DNA from: Patescibacteria group bacterium
GTDB lineage: Bacteria; Patescibacteriota; Kazan-3B-28
Assembly: GCA_041649135.1 (NCBI GenBank)
Contig: JBAZNQ010000001.1
Location: 32,559 to 96,558 of the forward strand
Length of the DNA: 64,000 bases
Reading direction: 5' to 3'
Below are positions 40,388 through 50,497 of the stretch, piece after piece. The notes beneath the pieces were generated by a model that did no database searches, was not told the origin of the DNA, and worked only from the letters and a program-made list of their open reading frames with translations. The position numbers and the translations under genes were made by a program. The stretch's first letter is position 1. The number at the start of each line of letters is the position of its first letter.

Positions 40388-40939
40388 ATGTCTAAAATCG
40401 GCAAACTTCCAATTGAGGTCCCAAACACAGTCACCATCACGTTGACCAATGATTTGGCTGTGGTTAAAGGTCCCAAGGGTGAGCTATCTGTTGCTATTCC
40501 CAAAGTGATCACTATTAAACAGGAAGGGAGTCAGCTGTTAGTTACTCGTATTAATGAAGACAAACCAACTCGAGCTCTCCACGGCTTAATTCGTTCGTTG
40601 GTTGCCAATGCCGTAGAAGGTGTTACGAATGGCTTTACTAAAACTCTGGAAATCAACGGTGTTGGTTATCGGGCTGAATTAAAAGGGCAAGTGGTCGTTT
40701 TACATCTTGGGTTCTCCCATCCGGTTGAGGTGCCGATCTTAAACGGGGTTGAAGTCAAATTGGAGAAGAACCAAGTCATTATTTCTGGTATTGATAAACA
40801 ACAGGTGGGCGAAATGGCGGCTGTCATTCGCTCCCACAAAAAACCCGAACCTTACAAAGGCAAAGGCATTAAATACATTGATGAAATTGTCCGCCGTAAA
40901 GCTGGTAAGACCGCCGCTACTGGTAAATCAGCTGGTTAA
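40388..40939 (+). CDS. rplF: 50S ribosomal protein L6
   Basis: 183 aa. Confidence 0.95.
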   Translation: MSKIGKLPIEVPNTVTITLTNDLAVVKGPKGELSVAIPKVITIKQEGSQLLVTRINEDKPTRALHGLIRSLVANAVEGVTNGFTKTLEINGVGYRAELKGQVVVLHLGFSHPVEVPILNGVEVKLEKNQVIISGIDKQQVGEMAAVIRSHKKPEPYKGKGIKYIDEIVRRKAGKTAATGKSAG

Positions 40940-40949
40940 AGCTTGAATT

Positions 40950-41300
40950 ATGTTAAAAGAAATTCGTAAAACCCAACGTCGTAAAATTTTGCGCACCAAT
41001 CGCACTCGGGTTAAAGTTGGCGTTCATGCCAATCGTCCTCGGTTGGTCATTCATCGGAGTAACAAATATATTTATGCCCAGATCGTTGATTCGGTCGGAC
41101 AGGTATTAGCCTCCGCCTCCAGCTTAAAGGCCAAGGGTAAAACTCCTGTGGAACGAGCGGCTATCGTCGGTCAGACTATCGCTGCCGCTGCCCAAGCCAA
41201 GTCAATTACTCAAGTTGCTTTCGATCGTCGCGGATACAAATATCATGGTCAAATTAAAGCCCTGGCTGATAGTGCCAGAGAGGGCGGTCTAATCTTCTAG
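40950..41300 (+). CDS. rplR: 50S ribosomal protein L18
   Basis: 116 aa; ends with a TAG stop. Confidence 0.93.
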   Translation: MLKEIRKTQRRKILRTNRTRVKVGVHANRPRLVIHRSNKYIYAQIVDSVGQVLASASSLKAKGKTPVERAAIVGQTIAAAAQAKSITQVAFDRRGYKYHGQIKALADSAREGGLIF

Positions 41301-41309
41301 TTAATTTTT

Positions 41310-41903
41310 ATGGAAAATCGTCAGAACCAAAATCAGGATAGAGGTAATCGTGGCTCCGGTCGGGGTGGCAGTCGCCGGCCAGCCCATTCGACTGCGCCAT
41401 CAGAATTCCAAGAACGAGTTCTGGAAATTAATCGGGTTACTCGAGTAGTTAAAGGTGGTAAACGGATGCGTTTTCGCGCACTCGTGGTCATTGGTGATCG
41501 GATCAGCCGAATTGCTTTCGGTTTAGGTAAAGCTAATGATGTTACTACCGCCGTTGCCAAAGCTGTCAATGAAGCCAAAAAGAATGTTCTGACAGTTAGC
41601 TTGGTCAATGGTACTCTGCCTTATAAAGTTACCAGCAGTCATAAAAGCGCCACGGTGCTCATCAAACCTACTCGGTCTGGTAGTGGGTTGATCGCTGGCG
41701 GATCAGTTCGAGTTGTGCTCGATCTGGCTGGCGTCAAAGATGCGGTGGCTAAAGTGATGGGTTCATCTAATAAAATTAGTAATGTAGTTGCTACGATCAA
41801 AGCGCTCGAATCAGTCCAATTACCAAAGGACATTTTGGCTAAGCGTGGCAAAACCGCCAAGACCAAAGCGCAACCAACTACGACCGAGGAGGATAACGCC
41901 TAA
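41310..41903 (+). CDS. rpsE: 30S ribosomal protein S5 with RG-rich N-terminal and K-rich C-terminal extensions
   Basis: 197 aa. Followed directly by rplO with no rpmD (L30) between them. Confidence 0.95.
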   Translation: MENRQNQNQDRGNRGSGRGGSRRPAHSTAPSEFQERVLEINRVTRVVKGGKRMRFRALVVIGDRISRIAFGLGKANDVTTAVAKAVNEAKKNVLTVSLVNGTLPYKVTSSHKSATVLIKPTRSGSGLIAGGSVRVVLDLAGVKDAVAKVMGSSNKISNVVATIKALESVQLPKDILAKRGKTAKTKAQPTTTEEDNA

Positions 41904-41914
41904 AGGAGTCAACT

Positions 41915-42361
41915 ATGGATCAACTACACGACATTACTGGTATTGCCAAACATCCCGATCGCAAACGGGTTGGACGCGGTTATTCGGCTGGCGGCGGTTC
42001 TACTGCCGGTCGCGGTAACAAAGGCCAAAAAGCCAGAACCGGTGGTAATGTGCCAGCCTACTTCGAAGGTGGCCAAACTCCACTCATTCGCCGGTTGGCA
42101 AAGCGAAAAGGTTTCCGGTCGCACCGCAAATTTTCAGTTGTTCGTATCAATCTGAAAGATTTGGTCAAATACACCGACGATTACAAGCTTAATATCCAAC
42201 ATTTGATCGAAACTAGTCTGATCAATCCCGATACCAAGGTTAAAATTTTAGGTGAAGGCGAACTGACTGGAAGTTTCCAAGTGCAGGCTCATTTCATTTC
42301 CGCTCAAGCTCGCGCTAAAATTGAAGCACAGGGCGGCAAGGTTGAAATAGTTAATAGTTAA
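41915..42361 (+). CDS. rplO: 50S ribosomal protein L15
   Basis: 148 aa. Confidence 0.95.
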   Translation: MDQLHDITGIAKHPDRKRVGRGYSAGGGSTAGRGNKGQKARTGGNVPAYFEGGQTPLIRRLAKRKGFRSHRKFSVVRINLKDLVKYTDDYKLNIQHLIETSLINPDTKVKILGEGELTGSFQVQAHFISAQARAKIEAQGGKVEIVNS

Positions 42362-42425
42362 CAGTTAATAGTGAATAATTAGGGAACAATATATAAATCG
42401 TCGCTAGCGACACCTGAACTTTTCA

Positions 42426-42494
42426 TCGCAGATCCTCCGACTCTGTCCTTCGTAGCTTTAGCGAAGTAGGAAGCCTTGGCGTAGGAGGACTACC
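42426..42494 (+). ncRNA. Conserved ~70-nt structured element, copy 3 of 3, in the rplO-secY spacer
   Basis: Differs from copy 2 by about one substitution. Confidence 0.4.
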
Positions 42495-42519
42495 AAAACT
42501 CTTAACTTTTCACTCTCTA

Positions 42520-43800
42520 ATGAACATTCTTGATTCAATCAGACAGATTTTCAAACACCGCGATTTACGTCTGCGGATCATTTTTACTCTGGTTGCCTTA
42601 CTGTTTGTGCGACTGATCACTCATACTCCCATGCCGGGTGTAGATTTGGATGCCTTAGCTCAAGTTTTCTCACAAAATCAATTCTTGGGCTTAATTGACC
42701 TTTTTTCCGGCGGCTCCCTTAATCGTTTCTCTATTGCCATGATGGGTGTCGCGCCCTACATCAACGCTTCCATTATTATGCAGTTGATGGGTATGGCATT
42801 ACCAAGCGTAGAAGCCCTGCAGAAAGAAGGGGATTATGGCCGGAGAAAGATCAGCCAATATACTCGCTTACTGACCGTACCCTTGGCCATCATCCAAGGT
42901 TACGGCATGATTGCTCTCCTCCAAAGTTCCGACGTGAATATTTTGGGCAATATTGGCATATTGCAGCTGGTTGGCATCTTGCTAATCGTTACCACCGGTA
43001 CTTTGCTCTTAATGTGGTTGGGTGAATTGATTTCCGAACACGGTATTGGCAATGGCATCTCGTTAATTATCTTCATTGGCATTCTGGCTAGTTTGCCCCA
43101 AAGCTTATCCAGTACGATTGCCCTGTTTGACGTTAGTCGCTTGATGGAAATTCTCATCTTTGCCATTTTGGCAGTCGCTACTATCTTCTTAGTAGTTTGG
43201 ATTACGGAAGGCCAACGCAACATCCCGATCGCTTACGCTGGTCGGGGTGGTGGCAATCGTCTTTATGCCGGCCAAAGCAATCATCTGCCACTGCGAGTGA
43301 ACCAAGCCGGTGTTATCCCGATTATTTTTGCTATTTCATTACTATTGTTCCCCGGTCTGATCGCATCTTTCTTTGCTTCCGCTCGAACTGCATGGTTGGC
43401 TTCCGCCGCTCAATGGGTGCAAACTGCTTTTCAAGATCAATGGGTCTACGGCATTTTATACTTCGTCTTTGTAGTCTTCTTTACCTACTTTTACACTTGG
43501 GTCATCTTCAAACCGGATCAGGTCGCTGAAAACATTCAAAAATCTGGTGGTTTCATCCCCGGTATTCGTCCCGGTCGTCAAACAGTTGAATTCTTGAATT
43601 TTGTTACCAACCGAATTACTTTAGCCGGTGCTATTTTCCTCGGCCTAATTGCCGTATTGCCAAATATTGTGCAGGGGATCACCAATATTCAAACTCTGAC
43701 TTTGGGTGGTACTGGTCTATTGATCGTCGTTTCGGTCGCATTGGAATTAATGCGTCAACTACGAGCCCAATTAATTATGAAGCGGTACGATGAGATCTAA
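42520..43800 (+). CDS. secY: Preprotein translocase subunit SecY
   Basis: 426 aa; 10 TM. Confidence 0.97.
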   Translation: MNILDSIRQIFKHRDLRLRIIFTLVALLFVRLITHTPMPGVDLDALAQVFSQNQFLGLIDLFSGGSLNRFSIAMMGVAPYINASIIMQLMGMALPSVEALQKEGDYGRRKISQYTRLLTVPLAIIQGYGMIALLQSSDVNILGNIGILQLVGILLIVTTGTLLLMWLGELISEHGIGNGISLIIFIGILASLPQSLSSTIALFDVSRLMEILIFAILAVATIFLVVWITEGQRNIPIAYAGRGGGNRLYAGQSNHLPLRVNQAGVIPIIFAISLLLFPGLIASFFASARTAWLASAAQWVQTAFQDQWVYGILYFVFVVFFTYFYTWVIFKPDQVAENIQKSGGFIPGIRPGRQTVEFLNFVTNRITLAGAIFLGLIAVLPNIVQGITNIQTLTLGGTGLLIVVSVALELMRQLRAQLIMKRYDEI

Positions 43801-44392
43801 TCCCTCCAAGCCAACAGCGGGCAGGCCGGACATTATTCTTTATGGCGGTCCGGGTTCAGGGAAAAGTACTCAAGCTTCGGCTTTGGTTGCCAGCCTAAAC
43901 GCTCAACATTTAAATATGGGTGGTTTATTGCGTGCCTTTGTTAAGGGCCGAAGTGCTGATGCGTTGCGTACTAAAAAGATCATGTTCGCTGGCAAGCTTG
44001 TGCCGGTCAGAATCACCAATAGTTTAGCCGAACGATTTGTTGATCAAACAAAGTCTCATCACCGGATCGTCTTCGATGGTTATCCTCGAAGTCTCGCTCA
44101 AGCCAAATTTTTAGATAAATTAATGGCCAAAACCGGTCGTTCGGTCAATCTGCTGTATATCAAATTGCCGGTCAAAGTTGCTCGCGATCGATTGATCAAA
44201 CGGGCTCGCATCGAACATCGCCCCGATGATTTAGATCCTTCTGCCTTGCGGTCACGCATTGCTGTTTTTCATCACGAAGCTAAAGATCTATTAGCGCATT
44301 ATCGCAAAACTAAACAGTTGATAATTATCGATGGCGATCAAACTGTTAAACAAGTTCAGGCCGCTATCGCCAAAGCCGTTTCCAAATGCTAA
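43790..44392 (+). CDS. adk: Adenylate kinase
   Basis: GGPGSGKSTQ P-loop. Confidence 0.9.
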   Translation: MRSNPSKPTAGRPDIILYGGPGSGKSTQASALVASLNAQHLNMGGLLRAFVKGRSADALRTKKIMFAGKLVPVRITNSLAERFVDQTKSHHRIVFDGYPRSLAQAKFLDKLMAKTGRSVNLLYIKLPVKVARDRLIKRARIEHRPDDLDPSALRSRIAVFHHEAKDLLAHYRKTKQLIIIDGDQTVKQVQAAIAKAVSKC

Positions 44393-45141
44393 CTGACGCT
44401 GAAATTATTGATATCAAAGAATGTGGCCGCCGTTTGGTGGGGATTTTAGCTGAACTGAAGGCGATGGTTAAGCCGGGTACTAATTTATTGGAGCTAGAAG
44501 CCGCCGCCAACCAATTGGCGAGTAAAGCTGGTGGCATCCCCTCATTTAAGGGCTATCATGGCTATCCAGCCGCTCTCTGTCTCTCCGTCAACAGCACCAT
44601 CGTTCATGGCATCCCCAAAGACTATGTCTTAAAAGCCGGCGATATTTTAGCTATTGATATGGGATTGTTCTACAAAGGATGGCACACCGATTCTGCCCTA
44701 ACCCTCGGAGTAGGGGATATTGCTCCCATGGCCGCTCGGCTGATGGAGGGCACCTATCTTGCCCTTCTTAGCGGTACTGATGCCGTCCGTCCCGGCAATC
44801 GGGTCCAAGATATCTCTCAAGCCATTGAAAAGGTGCTTCGGGCGCGTAATTTGACTATTTTCCGCCAGTTAGTTGGTCATGGCACTGGTCGCCAGCTCCA
44901 TCTTGACCCATTAATTCCTAATTTTGACACTGGTGAGCGAGGGCCAAAGCTGACGGCTGGCATGCTGGTGGCACTTGAGCCGATTACTGGTCTGGGCCTA
45001 GAGGATACCCGAGAATTGCCCGACGGCTGGACTATCGAGACGGTTGACGGCCAAATTGCCGCCCATTTTGAGCACACCATCCTGATTACCCCTGATGGGC
45101 CAGAGGTCATCACCCCTCTGACTGATCTGGTCAAATTCTGA
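44386..45141 (+). CDS. map: Methionine aminopeptidase type I
   Basis: 251 aa; pita-bread fold motifs. Confidence 0.93.
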   Translation: MLTDAEIIDIKECGRRLVGILAELKAMVKPGTNLLELEAAANQLASKAGGIPSFKGYHGYPAALCLSVNSTIVHGIPKDYVLKAGDILAIDMGLFYKGWHTDSALTLGVGDIAPMAARLMEGTYLALLSGTDAVRPGNRVQDISQAIEKVLRARNLTIFRQLVGHGTGRQLHLDPLIPNFDTGERGPKLTAGMLVALEPITGLGLEDTRELPDGWTIETVDGQIAAHFEHTILITPDGPEVITPLTDLVKF

Positions 45142-45297
45142 AAAACTCCTTGACGCCCACCTCGAAACATAGAATAATGTCAAAGTAATTTTCGCCCTAT
45201 CGGAATCTGATTTTTGGGCCTCCAACTGGGTATCCGGACCGTAAGTCTTCTAAGCAGGAACTATCTGGCAGATTGGGCGGATTCCATCACTTACCCT

Positions 45298-45525
45298 ATG
45301 AATACTTCATCCGGCAAACAAGTTATCGAGCTAGACGGCACCATTCGGGAAACACTTCCTAATGCTATGTTCAAAGTCGAGCTTGAGAGTGGTCACACGA
45401 TTTTGGCACATATCTCTGGCAAAATGCGAATGCACTACATCAAGATTGCCGCTGGCGATAAAGTCAAAGTCGAAATGAGTCCCTATGATATTGAAAAAGG
45501 CCGCATCACCTACCGCTATAAATAG
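45298..45525 (+). CDS. infA: Translation initiation factor IF-1 (start at internal ATG 45298)
   Basis: S1-like OB fold ([19 protein letters not shown]). Confidence 0.9.
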   Translation: MNTSSGKQVIELDGTIRETLPNAMFKVELESGHTILAHISGKMRMHYIKIAAGDKVKVEMSPYDIEKGRITYRYK

Positions 45526-45653
45526 CCACTAGGGATTAGCCGCCAGCCACTAATTTTATAGCTTACCAGTCTAAATGACGAAAAGAAAAAAGCTACCGTT
45601 AGGTAGCTACCGGAACTTATCACTTTTAACTTTTAACTTTTCACTATCCCAAT

Positions 45654-45767
45654 ATGAAAGTCCGACCATCTGTAAAACCCATGTGTAAAGATTGCCGCGT
45701 GATTAAGCGGAAGGGAGTCGTGCGGGTAATTTGTAAAACCAAGAAACATAAACAACGTCAAGGCTAA
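45654..45767 (+). CDS. rpmJ: 50S ribosomal protein L36 (37 aa; not in the ORF track because below its length cutoff)
   Basis: [37 protein letters not shown]; TTCACT-repeat leader. Confidence 0.85.
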   Translation: MKVRPSVKPMCKDCRVIKRKGVVRVICKTKKHKQRQG

Positions 45768-45880
45768 ATAAAGTTAATAATTAACAGTTAAAAGTGAAAA
45801 AATACGGTAAACATTAATTTAATAGCCTAAATATTTTCCTTAATTCTTAACTTTTCACTCTTAACTTTTCATTATCATCT

Positions 45881-46270
45881 ATGGTTATCCGAATTGCAGG
45901 TATCAACTTGAACAATGACCGGCGCATCGACATCGCGCTGACTGCTGTTTATGGTGTTGGTCGTCCGTTAAGTGCCGAAATTCTCAAGCAGTTGAAGATC
46001 TCACCAGCCACTCGGGTCAAGGATTTGACTGAAGCCGAGGAAAACAAGCTCCGTACATTTATTGAAAAAGAATTATTAGTTGAAGGCGATCTCCGTCGGG
46101 AGGTGGCTGTGAATATTAAGCGGCTGAAAGATTTGGGCTCCTACCGCGGCCTTCGGCACATTCGCAAACTGCCGGTTCGTGGTCAGCGTACCAAAACCAA
46201 TGCTCGCACCAAGCGTGGCAAACGCGTTACTATGGGTAGCGGCCGCAAGAAAACCGGTGACAAGACCTAA
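45881..46270 (+). CDS. rpsM: 30S ribosomal protein S13
   Basis: 129 aa. Confidence 0.95.
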   Translation: MVIRIAGINLNNDRRIDIALTAVYGVGRPLSAEILKQLKISPATRVKDLTEAEENKLRTFIEKELLVEGDLRREVAVNIKRLKDLGSYRGLRHIRKLPVRGQRTKTNARTKRGKRVTMGSGRKKTGDKT

Positions 46271-46407
46271 ACACAATAAATCCGAAACTCAAAATCCGAA
46301 ATCCTAAACAAATCCCAAATCATAATTCCCGAAACTATTCGTTTAAAACATTAAAATATTTGTGCTTGTTTAGAATTTAGTGCTTAGAATTTAGAATTTA
46401 CACCGTT

Positions 46408-46881
46408 ATGTCTCGAAAAAAACGTTTACAAAAGAAAGCCGAAAAAGGACGCAAGGCCGAAGCTAAAAAGCAGGCTTATGCTACTAAAGCCGCGACTAAA
46501 GGTCGCGTCAAGAAAAAGAAAGTTAAGCGGGTTGCCGCCGAAGGTAAGGTTTATATTAAATCAACCTTCAACAATACTTTGATCACGATTTCTGATTTGG
46601 AAGGCAACGTTTTGGCTACCGGCTCCAGCGGTCGCGAAGGGTTCAAGGGTTCGAAAAAATCCACTTCCTTTGCCGCTTCCAAAGCCGCCGGTTCGGCCAT
46701 CAACAAAGCCATCACTTCTACTGGTCTGCAAAAGGCTCACATTTTTGTTCAGGGTGTTGGTACTGGTCGGGAAGCCGCCATTCGGTCCATCGCTCAAGGA
46801 GGATTGGAAATTCTGTCGATCAAGGACGTTACTCCGATCCCTCATAACGGTCCGCGTCAGCGTAAATCTCGGAGAGTTTAA
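46408..46881 (+). CDS. rpsK: 30S ribosomal protein S11 with Lys/Arg-rich N-terminal extension
   Basis: 157 aa. Confidence 0.95.
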   Translation: MSRKKRLQKKAEKGRKAEAKKQAYATKAATKGRVKKKKVKRVAAEGKVYIKSTFNNTLITISDLEGNVLATGSSGREGFKGSKKSTSFAASKAAGSAINKAITSTGLQKAHIFVQGVGTGREAAIRSIAQGGLEILSIKDVTPIPHNGPRQRKSRRV

Positions 46882-46970
46882 AAAATTTATCCCGTTAGTA
46901 ATTTGATCAACGGGATTCCCCTAAATAAATCAACCGAAAATTATACCTCATAGCACAAATTTTTAACGGA

Positions 46971-47597
46971 ATGGTTACCAACATTGGACCAAAACTTAAA
47001 CGGGTTAGACGATTGGGCGAAGAATTCGCTATGGCCGGTGATCGGTCATCTGCCGCCAAGTACGTTAAGCTCCATCGCAAACAACCCCCAGGCATGCATG
47101 GCAAGAAAGCTGGTTTCGCCAAATTAACTGGTTATGGCCAGCAGTTACGTGAAAAGCAAAAAGCTCGTGCTTTTTATAATCTGACCGAAAAACAACTGCG
47201 TCGGTATTACGGCAAAGCTAACAGCCAGCATGGTTCTACCGATGTGGCACTCTTAGTTGAGTTGGAACGCCGTTTGGATAATGTTATTTATCGGGCTGGG
47301 TGGGCTAATTCTCATCCTGCCGCTCGCCAGCTCGTCTCGCATGCTCATTTGACGGTTAATGGTCGGAAAGTCGACACTCCATCCTTCCAAGTTAAGTCTG
47401 GTGATGAGATCACGTTTGCCAGCAATCGTCCAGCGTTACAGGATGGTGTTAAGGAATTGTCCAAAGCCAATCAACCAGCCTCTTGGTTGAAAGTCGATCC
47501 GGACAAATTAACCATTCAGGTTATCAATTTGCCGGTTCGGGGAGAGATCGAGGCTCCATTTAATGAAAAAGTTATCGTTGAGTTCTATTCGAGGTAA
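46971..47597 (+). CDS. rpsD: 30S ribosomal protein S4
   Basis: 208 aa. Confidence 0.93.
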   Translation: MVTNIGPKLKRVRRLGEEFAMAGDRSSAAKYVKLHRKQPPGMHGKKAGFAKLTGYGQQLREKQKARAFYNLTEKQLRRYYGKANSQHGSTDVALLVELERRLDNVIYRAGWANSHPAARQLVSHAHLTVNGRKVDTPSFQVKSGDEITFASNRPALQDGVKELSKANQPASWLKVDPDKLTIQVINLPVRGEIEAPFNEKVIVEFYSR

Positions 47598-47619
47598 TAA
47601 TTTGTGGGGAGAATAAATT

Positions 47620-48555
47620 ATGATTGAAGACATCAACATCCCAAGTATCAAGCTCGAAGAAAAAGCGATTAATCGCGCCGTCTTCGTAGTCGAGCCGTGC
47701 TTTCCGGGTTACGGCACAACTTTAGGTAATTCCCTTCGTCGAGTTTTGTTAAGCTCTTTGCCGGGTGCGGCTATCATTGCTGTCAAAATCGCTGGTGTTG
47801 ATCACGAATTTTCGCCGGTCATCGGTGTCAAAGAAGACGCTGTTGGTATTATCTTGAATCTCAAAAAGCTTCGGTTTATTATGCACGAAGCCGGTCCAGT
47901 CGCTTTGAAATACAAGGGTGGTAAGACTGGTGAAATTACTGGTGCTGATTTAGAAATTCCTAGTACGGTTACCTTGGTCAATCCCGAACAATACATTGCC
48001 ACAGTCTCCGAAAAAACCGCTCTGGAAATGGAAATTCAGGTCGCCAAAGGTCGCGGATATATGCCCAGTGAAGCCATGGATGAAAAGAATTTCTCCATCG
48101 GTACGATTGCTGTTGATGCCGCTTTCTCTCCAGTCGTCAAAGTCATGTTTAATGTCGAGCCAACTCGTGTTGGCGAAATGATCAACTATGACAAGCTGAC
48201 AATTAATGTTTTAACCGATGGGACGATTACTCCGGAAGAGGCCGTTCGCCAAAGTGCTCAAATTTTGGCTAAGCAATTAACTGTCTTCGGTGTTGATTTA
48301 GAGAATCTGCCGATCGGTGAAACACCAACCGAAGCCGAAGCCGTCGATGTAAAAGACTTCAGTATTGATGAGGTTAATCTATCAGTTCGGACCACTAACG
48401 CATTAGTTAACAATGGTATCAAAAAAGTTAGCGAAATTCTGGAAGTTGGTGCCGAAAAACTCGGGACGATGAAAGGTCTAGGTGCAAAAGCGTTGGACGA
48501 AATTACTGACAAATTAGCCGAGCTTGGTATTAAGTTTAATAATCCCGATTCTTAA
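47620..48555 (+). CDS. rpoA: DNA-directed RNA polymerase subunit alpha
   Basis: 311 aa. Confidence 0.97.
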   Translation: MIEDINIPSIKLEEKAINRAVFVVEPCFPGYGTTLGNSLRRVLLSSLPGAAIIAVKIAGVDHEFSPVIGVKEDAVGIILNLKKLRFIMHEAGPVALKYKGGKTGEITGADLEIPSTVTLVNPEQYIATVSEKTALEMEIQVAKGRGYMPSEAMDEKNFSIGTIAVDAAFSPVVKVMFNVEPTRVGEMINYDKLTINVLTDGTITPEEAVRQSAQILAKQLTVFGVDLENLPIGETPTEAEAVDVKDFSIDEVNLSVRTTNALVNNGIKKVSEILEVGAEKLGTMKGLGAKALDEITDKLAELGIKFNNPDS

Positions 48556-48658
48556 TTCCCCCTCATTCCTCTCTATTCTCTATTCTCCTCTCTACTCTCT
48601 AACCTCTTCTCTCTACTCTTAACTTTTCACTTTTAACTATTAACTATTAACTTTTCTT

Positions 48659-49012
48659 ATGCGTCATTTGGTCAAAGGCAAAAAGCTGGGGAGAGTCAAG
48701 CGACAACGCACCGCGTTGATTCGCAATCTCTTAACTTCGCTCATTTTACATGAGCGTATCGTTACTACCGAAGCCAAGGCCAAAGCTCTTCGCCCGAAGA
48801 TCGAACGGTTAGTTACTATCGCCAAAAAGGGTAACCTAATGGCCAAACAGCAGTTGATGAAACCTCTTTACAATAACCAGATCGTAGTTAAAAAAATGTT
48901 ACAGGTTATTGCTCCCCGTTATCAGGGACGCGTTGGTGGCTATGTCCGGATTGTTCGCAAAGGAACTCGGGTCGGTGACGCCGCGCCAACTTCCGTAATC
49001 GAATTTGTATAA
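48659..49012 (+). CDS. rplQ: 50S ribosomal protein L17
   Basis: 117 aa. Confidence 0.93.
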   Translation: MRHLVKGKKLGRVKRQRTALIRNLLTSLILHERIVTTEAKAKALRPKIERLVTIAKKGNLMAKQQLMKPLYNNQIVVKKMLQVIAPRYQGRVGGYVRIVRKGTRVGDAAPTSVIEFV

Positions 49013-49017
49013 ATCAA

Positions 49018-49575
49018 ATGAAGAATTCTGATAATCAAAATAAGGAAGGGAAAACAGCGAACTTAGTTGAGCCGAAGGCTCAACTCGGCTCCACCGATGA
49101 GCGTCGAGAGGGAAGCCATGGGTTGTCATCTCGGGTGCTTCATCAAGCCACTGCCCACATGCCGAGTCACAAACTTCCAGAACGCTGGTTTTTGGTTGAT
49201 GCCAAAGACAAAGTGTTAGGTCGGTTGGCAGTAAAGATCGCCGAACTGTTGATGGGCAAAGATAATGCCATGTTCAATCAGGCGGTACAGGCGCGGACCA
49301 ACGTCGTCGTTATCAACGCAAAATACGTTAAATTAACTGGCAATAAATTGACTGGGAAAATTTATACCTCTCATTCCGGTTACCCAGGTGGTATTACCAC
49401 CAAAACTCCGGCGGATATTCTAGCTGGCAACAAACCCAACGAAGTTTTACGTCACGCCGTAGCTGGTATGTTACCCAAAAATAAATTACATAATCTTACT
49501 CTTGATCGGTTAAAAATCTACGCCGAAGACGAACATCGTCATGGTGGGCAGAACCCAATTCCGGTTAAGCTATAA
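49018..49575 (+). CDS. rplM: 50S ribosomal protein L13 (possible 47-aa N-terminal extension; alternative start ATG at 49159)
   Basis: WFLVDAKDKVLGRLA. Confidence 0.9.
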   Translation: MKNSDNQNKEGKTANLVEPKAQLGSTDERREGSHGLSSRVLHQATAHMPSHKLPERWFLVDAKDKVLGRLAVKIAELLMGKDNAMFNQAVQARTNVVVINAKYVKLTGNKLTGKIYTSHSGYPGGITTKTPADILAGNKPNEVLRHAVAGMLPKNKLHNLTLDRLKIYAEDEHRHGGQNPIPVKL

Positions 49576-49689
49576 AACTATTTCTTTAATTGTTTGATGA
49601 TTGTAATCTGGTGATTGATTATTAACCCTCTATAGTAAAATTCTTAATTGTTTGATGATTGTAATTTGGTGATTGATTATTAACCCGCT

Positions 49690-50103
49690 ATGGAAAAAAC
49701 TCTTCAACTCTCTGGTACTTATTATTACGGCGTTGGCCGTCGCAAAACCGCCTCTGCCGAGGTGCGGTTATATAAGGGTGACGGCAAAATTACCATCATC
49801 AATGGTCAGGTTGGCAGTCGCTATTTTAGCCCACAGAGTTTAGTCGAAAAAATTTATCAACCATTAGAAGCTGTCGGTTTGCGAAAAGATTTTGATATTT
49901 CTATCCAAGTCCATGGTGGCGGCATGGCGGCTCAAGCTGATGCCGCTTGTCATGGAATTGCTCGCGCGTTAGTTGCTTTTGATGCTAATCTTAAAACAGC
50001 GCTTAAAAAGACCGGATTCTTAACTCGCGATGCTCGAGCCAAAGAACGCAAGAAATTCGGTCTCAAACGAGCTCGTCGTGCACCACAGTTCTCGAAACGC
50101 TAA
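49690..50103 (+). CDS. rpsI: 30S ribosomal protein S9
   Basis: 137 aa. Confidence 0.95.
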   Translation: MEKTLQLSGTYYYGVGRRKTASAEVRLYKGDGKITIINGQVGSRYFSPQSLVEKIYQPLEAVGLRKDFDISIQVHGGGMAAQADAACHGIARALVAFDANLKTALKKTGFLTRDARAKERKKFGLKRARRAPQFSKR

Positions 50104-50204
50104 CATGCAGTTAAGGGTTAAAAGTGAAAAGTTAAAAGTTTTGGTGTCCTTCGGACCATCCTAAATAACCACTCACTATTCACCGTTCACTATTCACCAC
50201 CTCT

Positions 50205-50480
50205 ATGTTCAAAGCTATCGTCAAATTCTTACATGAAGCTCGGGTAGAACTTGCCAAAGTCACTTGGCCTACTCGTCAGGCGGCCATTAATTTGACCCTG
50301 ATCGTTATCACGGTATCAATTTTATTTACCCTCTATATCACAGTTGTTGACTACGGTTTGACTACCGGTATCAAATGGGTAACTCAACAAGCCGCCGAAC
50401 TGAAAGCTGGTAACTCAAGTGATGTTACCGCTACCCCAAGCGACATCCAAGTTACTCCTTTAACTGAACCAACTGAATAA
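50205..50480 (+). CDS. secE: Preprotein translocase subunit SecE
   Basis: 91 aa; single TM. Confidence 0.8.
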   Translation: MFKAIVKFLHEARVELAKVTWPTRQAAINLTLIVITVSILFTLYITVVDYGLTTGIKWVTQQAAELKAGNSSDVTATPSDIQVTPLTEPTE

Positions 50481-50497
50481 ATTTATTCCGATAGAAA

